64,000 bases of DNA from Dimorphilus gyrociliatus. Lineage: Eukaryota; Animalia; Annelida. The stretch lies in contig CAJFCJ010000050.1 in NCBI GenBank assembly GCA_904063045.1, positions 1 to 64,000 of the forward strand. The letters run 5' to 3'. Below, one piece after another: positions 50,035 through 60,926 of the stretch. Under the pieces are notes generated by a model. It saw nothing but the letters and a program-made list of their open reading frames with translations, did not search any database and was not told the origin of the DNA. How positions within the stretch are numbered: the stretch's first letter is position 1; each line of letters begins with the position of its first letter. Position numbers and translations under genes: made by a program.

Positions 50035-50518
50035 TTAATCCTGTGAATGATTTTCTGTTGTGATTTCAATGTTACACCCAATCATTAGATCTGTGCTGTT
50101 GTTTTCAACAATAACATAATTATCATCAGCATCAGTTCTGATATTTCTATCACTTTCTTTTTCATTTTCATAAATATCTGAACCATTATCAACAACATCA
50201 TTCATAGTGTTTTGTACTTCATATGTCATCTCTACTTCCTTTTCCACTTCAGAATTCACTGTTTTGATTTGGCTAGTGGACAGCTGTTGTAATGTGACCA
50301 AACATGTTCTCTTAGAAATATCTTCACAAATATTGCAAAGAAAGAGATGATTTTCTGTTAATACAATCATTTAAAAAAATTGATATATGCTATAAAATTG
50401 AATTTTACCTACTTTTCATGCATTTCTTGTGAATTATTACCCAATGGTGACATAGTTGGCATTTGGTTTTATGCTGTCTTCCAACCATTTTCTCCTTACA
50501 TTTGTAGCAATATGCCAT
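50035..50518 (-). CDS. PHD finger (2 exons) plus acidic linker of the MULE
   Basis: MAYCYKC..CQLC..HKKCMK|KNHLFLCNIC gives C4HC3 after splicing; in the same frame as the transposase, separated by one TAA (50035-50037). Confidence 0.8.
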
Positions 50519-51667
50519 TATCTATCAGTAAAAAGAGAAAGTTACCCCAAAATGGCAGCTCAAATATTTTAAAAGAGATTTTATTAATTAAAGTTTTACC
50601 TTAAACTGATTCAATTTAAAAGAATTATCAAGAGATATTCTAGTGTATTCAATTTTTTGATATTGTGTTGTACTTGTGAAATATCCTTTGCAGATAATAT
50701 TTGAATCAAACTCTCCTTTGTATGGAACCGAAACAAGAAATCATAAACAGGAAATAGTTCCCCAACAAAATGGAGAACCTGACATTGCATAGTTTTTATT
50801 ATCACTACAATGTATATACATTATTAATTTTAATTTCCATGGCCATTTTCCCCCTTAGATTTTTTCCACTGTGGACATTTTCTCCTGTGGACGTTTTCTC
50901 CATAAACCATCTGGGACGTTTAGGAGATTTCCAATGAGTTATCATAGACATTTCAATTTTGGTGGAGGTATTAGTGCTTGCAAGAGATTTTCATTGATAT
51001 GCTACACAACCATGTAGCTCCTACAGTTGAGGAGTGGCTAAGCATTAAATAACCAGTTATAACAACTTTTTGTAATGATTAACATTCTCCAAGTAAACAA
51101 GGCACTGTACTGATTGCATTGTTCCGAATCTAAATCACATCTTGATACATTAATTGATAATAGAGTTTTAGAATGTGGTTTTAAACCATGGCATATAAAA
51201 AAATTTTTTTTTCATATACAGTCATTTTTGTAATATCTCATATAATATTCATAAGTCTCTCAACTCAATAATTGACTTATTTTTTGTTTTATTCATTTTT
51301 GATATTTGTCCACTGAAAATAAAGAATTAACTATTTATTGAATTTCAGTATTGCTGGCTTTATTTTATGTTAATTTATGCACTTTTTGTGTATTGAAATG
51401 AAAAGGTGGTATATATTTTTAAAAGTGATAGATAATTAGATTATTAATATTAGCTCCAGTAAAAAGACAGAAGATCATAAAATCATTTATAATATGATTC
51501 AGAAATTGACAATAGAATTAATAATACAATGCATTTGTTTAATATTAAACAGTTACTAAAACTGTTTTAAGCAGAGTAATTAAACAAAACTGATAAAACA
51601 TACCAGATTTAGAGAAATGAACAGTCTATCAGACTCAAGATGGATATTTAAAATAGCCATTATTTTC

Positions 51668-53261
51668 GGATGCGACAGAAAACATCCATGAAAGAAAACG
51701 TCCATGAACCAAAAGAAAATGTCCATAAACCAAAAGAAAACGTCCATAAACTGAAAGAAAATGCCCATGAACCAAAAGAAAACATAAATTAAAATAAATT
51801 TCATTTAAATGTAAATATATGTTGAAAAACAAATTAACAGAACGGTTATAAAAACTGGTATATTTTAGAAAAAAATATTGAATAATGGACAATTGTTCTA
51901 TTTGCAATGATAAATTTGTTGGTAGGCAAACAAAAGGCCAATGCTCTTTGTGTCTGCTTATTTGTCATATAAAATGTCTGCAAGGTTTGTCTTATCTGTT
52001 TTTGAAAAATGAAATTAACAGTTGATAGTTCAGTTTTCTAACCGTCAGCTAGCTGCTTAAACTGGCTTATTTAGAACTAGAAACTCATTTTACTCAATAC
52101 ATATTCTTTGGACGAAATACTCGTGTTTTGTTGATTCATTTCTACTGAAATTACATTTGTTAAACTACTTGTGGACGAACTTTAAAGGTTCTATTTGTTT
52201 GAGTACTTTGGCAAATTGGTAAATGATTGGAAAGGACGATTACAGTTGTGACAAACCAGAAATTCCTACAATACAACAAAGTACAGCAGGGAATTTAGAA
52301 AAAAAGAGGGAGCTTGGGAATGATTATGTCTTTGCCATATTTGCCTCATGGCATGATTGAAAATCAATTCACTAAAATTCAAAATCAACTGACAAAAGAA
52401 AATAAACTGTCTGATTTGTTGGACTATGTGCCTAATACTTGGATAAAATATACATTTTGGTCTCCAGAGACTTGGTCTGTTTTTGATCAAAGCATAAGGA
52501 CAAATAATGATCTGGAAGGTTATCATCAAAGGCTGAATAAAATTGTTGGAGAAAATGTTTCTTTTTATTTAGTGATTGATGAGTTAAAGAGGGAAGCAGA
52601 CATGATAAATCTGTACAAAAAGCTTTTAAGTGAGAGAAAGATAATTAGACTTCAAAGGAAGACTTATAGCCAAATTCAAAAAGATCTTTTCTTAATTTGG
52701 GAAAATTTTAAAACAGGTGAAATTAATGCAAACCAGCTTCTGCAGCTTTGCTCAGAATTATATTATTGAAAATAATTGACAATACCTTGATATCAAAAAA
52801 CTTTACTTGAAAACACTGGTCATTTAATTGTAAAACTTGAAAAAAGTTTGTCTTTCTTTTAAAGTTGTTTACAAATAATCAATACACAATTTATATGGTA
52901 AACCTAAAGTTGCATATTATAAAGTTATAAAAAGTTTTCTATTAACTTGTTTTCAATATATATTTACATTTAAATGAAATATATTTTGAGTTATGTTTTC
53001 TTTTTGTTCATGGATATTTACTTTCAGTTTATAGACATTTTCCTTCACTTTTTCGTTTTCTTTCACTCCTTAAGGAAATATAATTCCTAAAAAATTAAGC
53101 TAATAGGAAAAGTTATGTGATTTTTTTTGTGAATATTTCATTTATTAAGTATATATTTAACATATTCTTTTACCAAAGGTTTACTTTTTCAACATATATT
53201 TTTTTTTAAATGAAATTTATTTTAATGGACGTTTTCTTTCATGGATGTTTTCTGTCGATCC
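51668..53261 (+). mobile_element. Non-autonomous MULE with long subrepeated TIRs and 10-bp TSD CATTATTTTC
   Basis: GGATGCGACAGAAAACATCCATG / CATGGATGTTTTCTGTCGATCC termini; TSD at 51658-51667 and 53262-53271; contains the PHD start, a repeat B fragment and the transposase C-terminus. Confidence 0.93.
52011..52285 (+). repeat. Repeat family B, 3' fragment inside the MULE
   Basis: Matches 17776-18055 and ends in CAACAAAGTACA. Confidence 0.88.
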
Positions 53262-53310
53262 CATTATTTTCACTCTCTTTCATTATTGTATAAATTTCAA
53301 TTATTGTCAG

Positions 53311-53913
53311 GAAAAAAAATGGAATTTATGATAAAAACAAATTTCCTGATTCAAGATTTTCAGATTATTTGTCTCATGCATCGAGGAAAGGATATCATGT
53401 TTGGATAGCTGGTTCTGAGTATACATTATGGATGACTACTCGCTATGGGCAAGGATGGATGCAAGTAAACTTAGGTCTAATAAACAAAATTCCCTTTTCT
53501 TATCTAATTTGAGATTCTAAAAAGATAAAATCTTATTGATTATTAGGTGAAATATATGAAGTGCATAGTCTAGAAACTAGAGCAGATTGTTGGTGCGAAG
53601 ATGGAAATTATGAACCATATTATACAAGCACTTTCAAATTGTCTTATTCAGTTAATGGGGAACAAATGATGAATTATTAAGATGAAAATGGAGAAGATAA
53701 GGTTCTATACCAGTTTTCAAAATAACTCCTAAAAAGGATGATGGGTAAAGTTAGATGATTTTTCTATCCCGCAGAAATTTCAAGGAAACTCCTATGCAAC
53801 ATGGAATATATTTAATAAAATTAACTTTATTATGAAAATTCAAGCTGATAAAGTGAGGATAAATCCATTAAGTGGCTTTTATGCAGCAATGGCTTTTGAA
53901 TTATATGGCTGTG
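53311..53913 (+). pseudogene. F5/8 type C (discoidin) domain exons with an in-frame TAA
   Basis: FPDSRFS..W..GWMQVNL|GEIYEVHSLETR..FKLSYSVNG..|KFQGN..VRINP..AFELYGC; TAA at 53678-53680. Confidence 0.75.
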
Positions 53914-55394
53914 GTAAAGATTTTTTCTCTTTAAAATTCTGACAAAAAGGAAATATTTTGAAATTTTTGACCCCACAAAACAAAAATTCATTTCAGAGCT
54001 TTTTCAATTAAAGGTTAAATAATTTAGAGCATTCTTTTAGGGTTGGGGAAAAAATGAAATATTTCTTTAACATTGCAATTATCATCTCCATCTAATTGAT
54101 AACAAGTCTCACAGTAATTGTCATTTTAAAAAGGAGCAAAGACATTTCAAACTATTAATTGCATTGATTCTGTGAAATTTAAAATTACAAAATAATAATC
54201 AATATTAGGCATAAAGCTATTGTAGGCCAAAATACATATGCTAATTGCAAAGCACTGCAAACTGATGATTGGATATCACCAACTAACCAAAAGAGCAGAT
54301 AAACTCTTGTAGCTTCATTCCAATCATCTATCTCTCTTTCTGTATCTCTTGATTTGAGAAGATCACCTGAAAACAAGCTAAAGTTCCTAACATATTGAAA
54401 AAGCCAATTTTCTCTGTAAAATATATATGAAAAAAATAAATTACCTCTCCTTTCATTCTTATATTGATCTTATGAGATCTGATAGTTTTATTTAAATTCC
54501 TAATGAGAAATGTGTGTTGAAATCCCTCTGGAATAGTGTCAAAGCTTCCTGATAAAGTAAATCTTTGATGAAAATGTATTTCTCTTAAATGAATAAAGCA
54601 GAGTTATAAGAAAATTTTGAGTATTTTTTTGGCATCATCTAATTGTATACCAGAGTGATCCTGTTGATAAATTTCCTTGCACTCTTGGAAAGTATAATCT
54701 TAATTTTGAATTATGGAGAAAACGTAATTCTATTTGCACATGTAAAATTCTTATAAATGAATATAATGAATATAGTATTAATGTTAACTACATTAGTGAT
54801 ATCTTAACTACCTACAAATGTTAATTTGGCTGCTGGCCAAAAAGTACCAAAAGGTCAAACAGTTTTGGACCGGTTCCAACTTCTCACATTGAATGGTTGA
54901 ATTGAATGTTACCAAAATTGTTACATCTTATGAAAGAAGTTGGCCACCTAAATTCATCTGACCTAATTACTCAGGATGAATGGAACCAACTAAAAGCAGA
55001 ATCATTTTTAGAAATTGTGAACTGTGTGAAATGTTACTTTGCATAGTTGAAACTTTGAAATTGTGAATTGTGCCTTTGGGAGAATGTATGGGGAGTATGA
55101 GTTTAAAAGGCTTTCTTTAAATTTGAAAAAAGTCTTTGTTAACTGTTAGATAATCTATCAAGAATTAAGGATTTGTTTTCTGGATCAAGCAGAATTAAGA
55201 ATTTAAGTAGAAAAGCTGATTAAAAACCATTAAGCGATTGTAAAAACTTTTTTTGCATGTATTATAAAAGTGCTGTAGCTGTTTCATTGCCATAAACAAA
55301 CGAAACGAACTTTAAGAAAGATGTTGACAATGAGAAATTTTCAAATGTATTTTAAAGGTTTTCTTTTTCTTTATCAATGCTTTATCGTTTTTAG

Positions 55395-55830
55395 GGAAGA
55401 ACCTTCGAGTTCAGATCAAAATATTCATTCCAGTATTGTGTGTAATGACGTTAAATGTGATAATGGAGGTAAGAAAGTGATTGATGATTTAATGGCAACA
55501 GATAGAGGTTTACCAGGTATTCAAGGTACTAAAGGCGCACCAGGTGGTCCTGGTCCTACAGGCCCAAAAGGCAATACTGATGACCAAGGTTCATCAGGTA
55601 TACCTAGCACTGAGTTCCAAAGGACCAGAGTTCCTAAATACTTGTGTAAAAAACTTATCAATTGCAGAAATGGAGGTAAGAAACAGAGAGTATTATTTTA
55701 TAATCAACATGATTGTTTTTATTTTAATAGGTACATGCTCAAGTATTGGATATTCATGGTCTTGTTCATGTAAAACTGATTTAAGTGGGCTACAATGTGA
55801 AACAAACAATCAACATATGAAATATGGTCT
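55395..55830 (+). CDS. EGF-like module(s) flanking a short Gly-X-Y collagen-like stretch
   Basis: GLPGIQGTKGAPGGPGPTGPKGN; spliced CKKLINCRNG|GTCSSIGYSWSCSCKTDLSGLQCE is an EGF pattern across a phase-1 intron. Confidence 0.6.
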
Positions 55831-55949
55831 AATGAATTTTGGTTCAATCAATTCTTTGGAAATTTAGTCTCATATGGACTGATTATTTCATAGATGAAAT
55901 TTTTGTTGTTGTTTTGTATGGAAAAAATAGTTGTAGACTGGTTGCACTT

Positions 55950-56960
55950 CAAATCATTCAATATACAATTTTGAGTCTATTTTCCAATGATCCAATGAGT
56001 TTGTCGATCAAAGAACATCTCTTTAATTCTTTATTATTCAAATGTACCCAGATTTCATCTCCAATAACAATTTTTCCCAAAGTCTTCTCTTTCTGTAGTA
56101 TATCTTTGGAGTAGAACAGCTCACACTCACATTTCCTTTCAGTCCTTATTAAGATCATAAGGAATCTATATGTACTCACAATCATGTTGATGAGAGATGG
56201 GATAAAACAGATGATGAGTTAGAAACAAAATTTGTTTTGCAATTCACTATGAAAAAATTTGACAAACTTCGATATTCGTAATTGTTTTTTAAATTCGAAA
56301 AATGGATTATTGACTGCTGCAAAATTGAATATTCAGAATAACCCTTTCCAATCGTGCTACGTAAAGGAAATAGAGATTGAGTTCTTTCAGAGAAATGTTT
56401 CTTTGTGAAGAAGATTTGTCCACAATGATTCGGATGTTGAAGATATTGATATTCGATCAAACATTATTATGGAAGGTGTCGATAACATTTGCGTCTGCTT
56501 TTACAGAATTTTTCCTCCTCAAAAGACAGAACCCAAATTCAATTGATAAAGGTCAAGGTTAGATAGATAATATATTGAATACCTTTGGCAGCAATGTCTA
56601 CGAAGCAATTACCATACGTATGAAAGTTCCAGTACTTCTGATAATCATGATACAAAAACAAGTCAGAACACAAGAATCGCACAAAATAGCATTGAAACTG
56701 ATCTTGACAAGATTCAGAAATCAAAAGATGCGTGTTTTTAAAGGTAAAAAAATTGAATAACCATTTAAATTTCATTTTCAAAAACTTATTTAAAATAGAA
56801 AGAAGATACAAAGAGAAACTGTTATCTCTTTGTTGAATACCTAGATGTGAATGAAAGTAATATGGCAGAAAATGATATTTATGCTCTAGGACAATTTCTA
56901 AGAAATCTTTTACAAAAGATACGATTTCAACATTCAAATTTAAATGGAAAATATTCACTG
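55950..56960 (-). pseudogene. Heavily degraded LRR/NLR-like remnant
   Basis: Fragments such as IGKGYSEY and LIGSLENRLKIVY resemble the local LRR consensus; many stops. Confidence 0.3.
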
Positions 56961-57274
56961 TAAAACATTTTTTCTTGTCACAGAATTTTAGTTTAAATAA
57001 AGAAAACTTGAATTTTTATGACAAATCAACAATGCACTTGTCTAGTTGTTATAGTTTATGAACAAAAAACAATAATCACAAGTCATATACTCACTCATTG
57101 ACACAAGATGGCCTCATTCAACAATCTTGTTCTTTAGAAGGCATTTGTCAAATTATATTTTGCTATCAAACAAACTGGTCTCTAACCCTTCTAACACACT
57201 TAGAGATTTATAACTCAAGATAGAAGTTAACAGCCAATGGCATTTAATTTATTCATCTATAAATAGTATCTAGT

Positions 57275-58580
57275 TTAGCTACCTTTAAATGTACTCAGAT
57301 CAATTTGTGGACGATTTCCAAATATGTTGCGAATTTGTTTACACTGATTTTCAGTTAGATTACAGAAACTAAAGTCAATTATTCTTAAATTATTTAATGA
57401 ATGAACAAGCTCATTACAAATCTTTATCAATTCATTTTCCATTTCATGATTTCCCCATAAATTGATTACTTCCATTTTAGAACATTTTTTCAGCATATTT
57501 CCAATTTGTAAACATTGCTTTTTAGATAAATTACAGTTGCTAAAATCAATTTGTTTTAAACTATTTGTTGATTGTAAGAGTCCATCACAAATGTCTACTA
57601 TTCCATTTCCTATAGTAGAATTCCCTAATAAATTGATTACTTCCATCTTGGAACAATTTTTCAGCATATTTCCAATTTGCAAACATTGGTTTTCAGTTAG
57701 ATTACAATAACTAAAATTGATTTCTTTTAAATTATCGAGTGAATGAACAAGTCCATCACAAATCTCTCTTATTCCATTTTCCATACTTTGATTTCCACAT
57801 AAATTGATCACTTCAATTTCAGAACAATTTTTTAGCATATTTCCAATTTGTAAACATTGATTTTCGGTTAGATTACATTCCCCAAAGTCAATTTGTTTTA
57901 AATTCTTTGACGAATAAATTAGGTTGTCACAAATATCTGTAAATCCTTTTCCCATAATGGTATTTTTTCTTAAATTCAATACTTTCATTTTAGAACAATC
58001 TTTCAACATAATTCCAATTTGTTTACATTGATTTTCATTTAGATTACATGAACTAAAATCAATTTCTTTTAAAGTGTTTGATGAATGAATGAGTCCATCA
58101 CAAATCTCTAAAAATCCCCTTCCCATCTTCACATTCTTTCTCAATTTGATTACTTCCAATTTAGAGCAATTTTTCAACATATATCCAAACTGTGTAGATT
58201 GATCAACAGTCATAAAACACCAATGAAAGTCAATTTCTCTTAAAGTGTTTGATGAATAGACTAGTCCATTACAAATTTCTAAAAATCCATGTTTCATATC
58301 CTTATTTTTTCTTAATTTAAATATTTCTATTTTAGAACAAAGTTTAAGCATATCTCCTAAATGTTTACATTGGTTTTCTGTCAGTTTACATGAGCAAAAA
58401 TTAATTTCTTTCAAAGTGTTTGATGAATGAGCAAGTCCATCAAAAAACTCCAATAAGCTATCTCTCATACCATCATTCTCCTTTAACTCAATTGCTTTAA
58501 TTTTTGAACAATTTTTCGCCATATTTCTGATGTGTATAAACTGATTTTCAGTAAGATTACAAGTAGAGAAATTCTGCCAT
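57275..58580 (-). CDS. Tandem 57-aa RNI-type LRR protein (about 7 units), 5' end degraded
   Basis: CSKIEVINL..N..M..G..EICDGL.HS.N.LKEIDF..CNLTENQC.QIGNMLK repeats with an exact 171-bp period; a partial unit lies upstream of the ORF ATG. Confidence 0.88.
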
Positions 58581-60926
58581 TGCCATATTTTTTAATACAT
58601 TGTCACAATTTAAAATTTAACAGAATATCATATTTTTGTTGAAAAGTGTACCTCAGAGTTATAACCATAGTCATATGGTTATAAAAGATTATAACCATGT
58701 CTGATTGTTTGCAAATACTTTTATTATACAGTAATCATAGGAGGCTAGCGTTTTAAAGAATCAAAGATATTGATTTTACAACTCCACGAAAAACAACTAA
58801 TGAGTAATAATAAGATAGATTATCTTCTTTCTACACATAGATTTGCACAGGGACTGATGATTGGAGAAACACTTATAGAGTCCATATATATTCTTTGGCA
58901 ATTTGGTAACGGTCAATATACTATTGTCAACAGTAATAATAATACTGTTTTCGTCTTTAGCGTCAGAAATAAAACATAAAATGGTTCAAAATAAATTTTT
59001 AAATAAAGTAGGAAAGTTCAAAATTGTGTATAGTAGATAGTTTCTAGTTGTACTGAGAATCTTGTTCTACTAGATATTCAGAATAGGATGATAGACATGG
59101 AGAAAGATGACTGGTGACCAATCATCCAAAAAGGATATCAAGAATTTTTCACGATTTTTCCACAATATAAAATATTTTGCTATTCAAAAACGAAATAGAA
59201 AGATTGAATTAGTTGAATATGTTAAATACAAAGTCACAGTTGTCATGTCATTTTATTGCAAAGTACAATTAATTTTAAAGAAAACAAAATATTAATTATT
59301 ATACAAAATAGGACGGTGTCTAAAAAATTCGTATCCGTACTGTATAAAGCCACTCTGAACCTGAGTAGGATGAAGGAGATAGCAACTGATTTGTGCTTAG
59401 GAGGGTCTCCTCCTCCAAGGGCTGGGGGTAATGTAACAGGTATGGTATAGTCAAGGGCTTGGTTAGAGTTAGCATAAAAGCAGGCAGTTATCCTGTTTTC
59501 TAAAATGGCAGCCTTATTGTGAATTTTACTACGATTTCATTTCGGGTAAACTAATGAGTTCATTTGTTGCCCTAGTTACAAAGTTACATATAACAATAGT
59601 GATTCCAGGGCTGGGTTAGGGTTAGGGTAAAACCACAAAACTGTCGGCGTTTTCAACAACATCCATGTCAACTATTAAGATCATATTAAGATAAGAGAAG
59701 AAGAAAACACTGCAAAATATTATGAATGACAATCATATTTGATCCTTTTTTGAAAGAAGAAATGTTGTCGTGTGGCTTTTAAATTAAAATTTAATAACTT
59801 CTTTAGCATTTCATGTAAAAATTCAAAATATTTCCAATTCTTCAAAGGCAACTTTAATACAATTTTTATTGTCAGTTTTTCTTCATATCTTCATTTTTAA
59901 TGGCACTGAGAAAAAAGTGCAAACTATTGTTTCATTTATGGATTTTATCAATGAATCTCAAGGCGTTTCCAATCCAATAACAAGTCTTTTTGGTAATTCT
60001 GCAATGAAACTGTTGGCTTGCAAAATTTGCAACAACAAAATGTATGTTACGCTAGTTGAGTCGAGTTAAATAGTGATTAATTAGGTCTGTTTCGTTTAGT
60101 AGGTATACATTTGTATAGAGCCTTGGAAACGCTGTTATAAAATATCCAATCTACCCGCCATTATTGGGATAACGCTAAAAGAATACTCTATAACTAAGAC
60201 AATTAATTTAGGTGATGATAAATACATGGGATATGGATTATTAGTGATTATCCGATGTATTTGTATAATCGTTTGACTCATCCAATCCTCGAATTCACTA
60301 GAAAAAAATTGGTGGTCAAAGTTGCCAACTGAATAAAAATCCAGCAATTCAAATTGGAATTGGAATACAATGACTTTCCATTATACACAAGTCTAGTTGT
60401 ACAGTCAGGAGGATTATAAACTGGAATCTCTCTCTCTCTCTTTCTGCAAAAAACAATTGAGAAAGTAATTTAGATGAGGTCATTAAATATGGTAAAACGT
60501 ATAATTTTATCAAAAGAGTTATTATATTACTTTTTAAATACAATTTATTGATATAGGCCTATGATGGTAGAAAAAAGTATTTTGGTCAACTGGTACAATA
60601 TCAATTGTTGAATTGAAAAGTAATGGACTTTCGGAACCTACACTGAAAAGTTTATTTACTTTTGTATTATTGAGTTGTGTTATGCATAGAGAGCAAGATT
60701 GCTTTTGTAGAACTGTATAATGAGAAAGTATATGAAACCAAAGTTAATGGATCAAACAAATAACTATATAGGCTAAAATTAAGTTAACCTGTTGTACAAA
60801 ACTACATAATTTCTTGAAAGAACACTGTTATTTGCTAAATGTATTTTTGTTCATTTAGAAGACAAATAAGTCAATACTACTTGCTATAGACCCCAAACTA
60901 ATATTGCTCAATCAATATAGCAATGA

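Larger units (their letters stand above)
47530..50908 (-). mobile_element. Spliced PHD-FLYWCH-MULE element, disrupted by a nested insertion
   Basis: TIR-like GTGGAC(A/G)TTTTCTCC repeats near 50870-50908; PHD; FLYWCH; WFLDGTFK; VVDFEKG..GCVFHWTQ|; RTNNDLEGWHNRLN. Confidence 0.88.

Noticed and set aside
51580-51907. Low-complexity ORFs (FWFMD repeats; also 19980-20216) and a regularly spaced 21-bp array suggestive of CRISPR
   Set aside because: These are translations of MULE TIR subrepeats; the units are contiguous with no unique spacers, there are no cas genes, and the DNA is eukaryotic.
54185-54376. Hydrophobic ORF resembling a Cys-loop receptor M4 helix (DDWNEATRV..)
   Set aside because: Single short exon; upstream frames contain stops and no ligand-binding or M1-M3 sequence was found.
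57462-57710. Antisense ORFs overlapping long genes (for example 57462-57710, 701-1015, 30002-30190, 34067-34249, 61966-62235)
   Set aside because: Shadow frames of real coding sequence, with no independent motifs.
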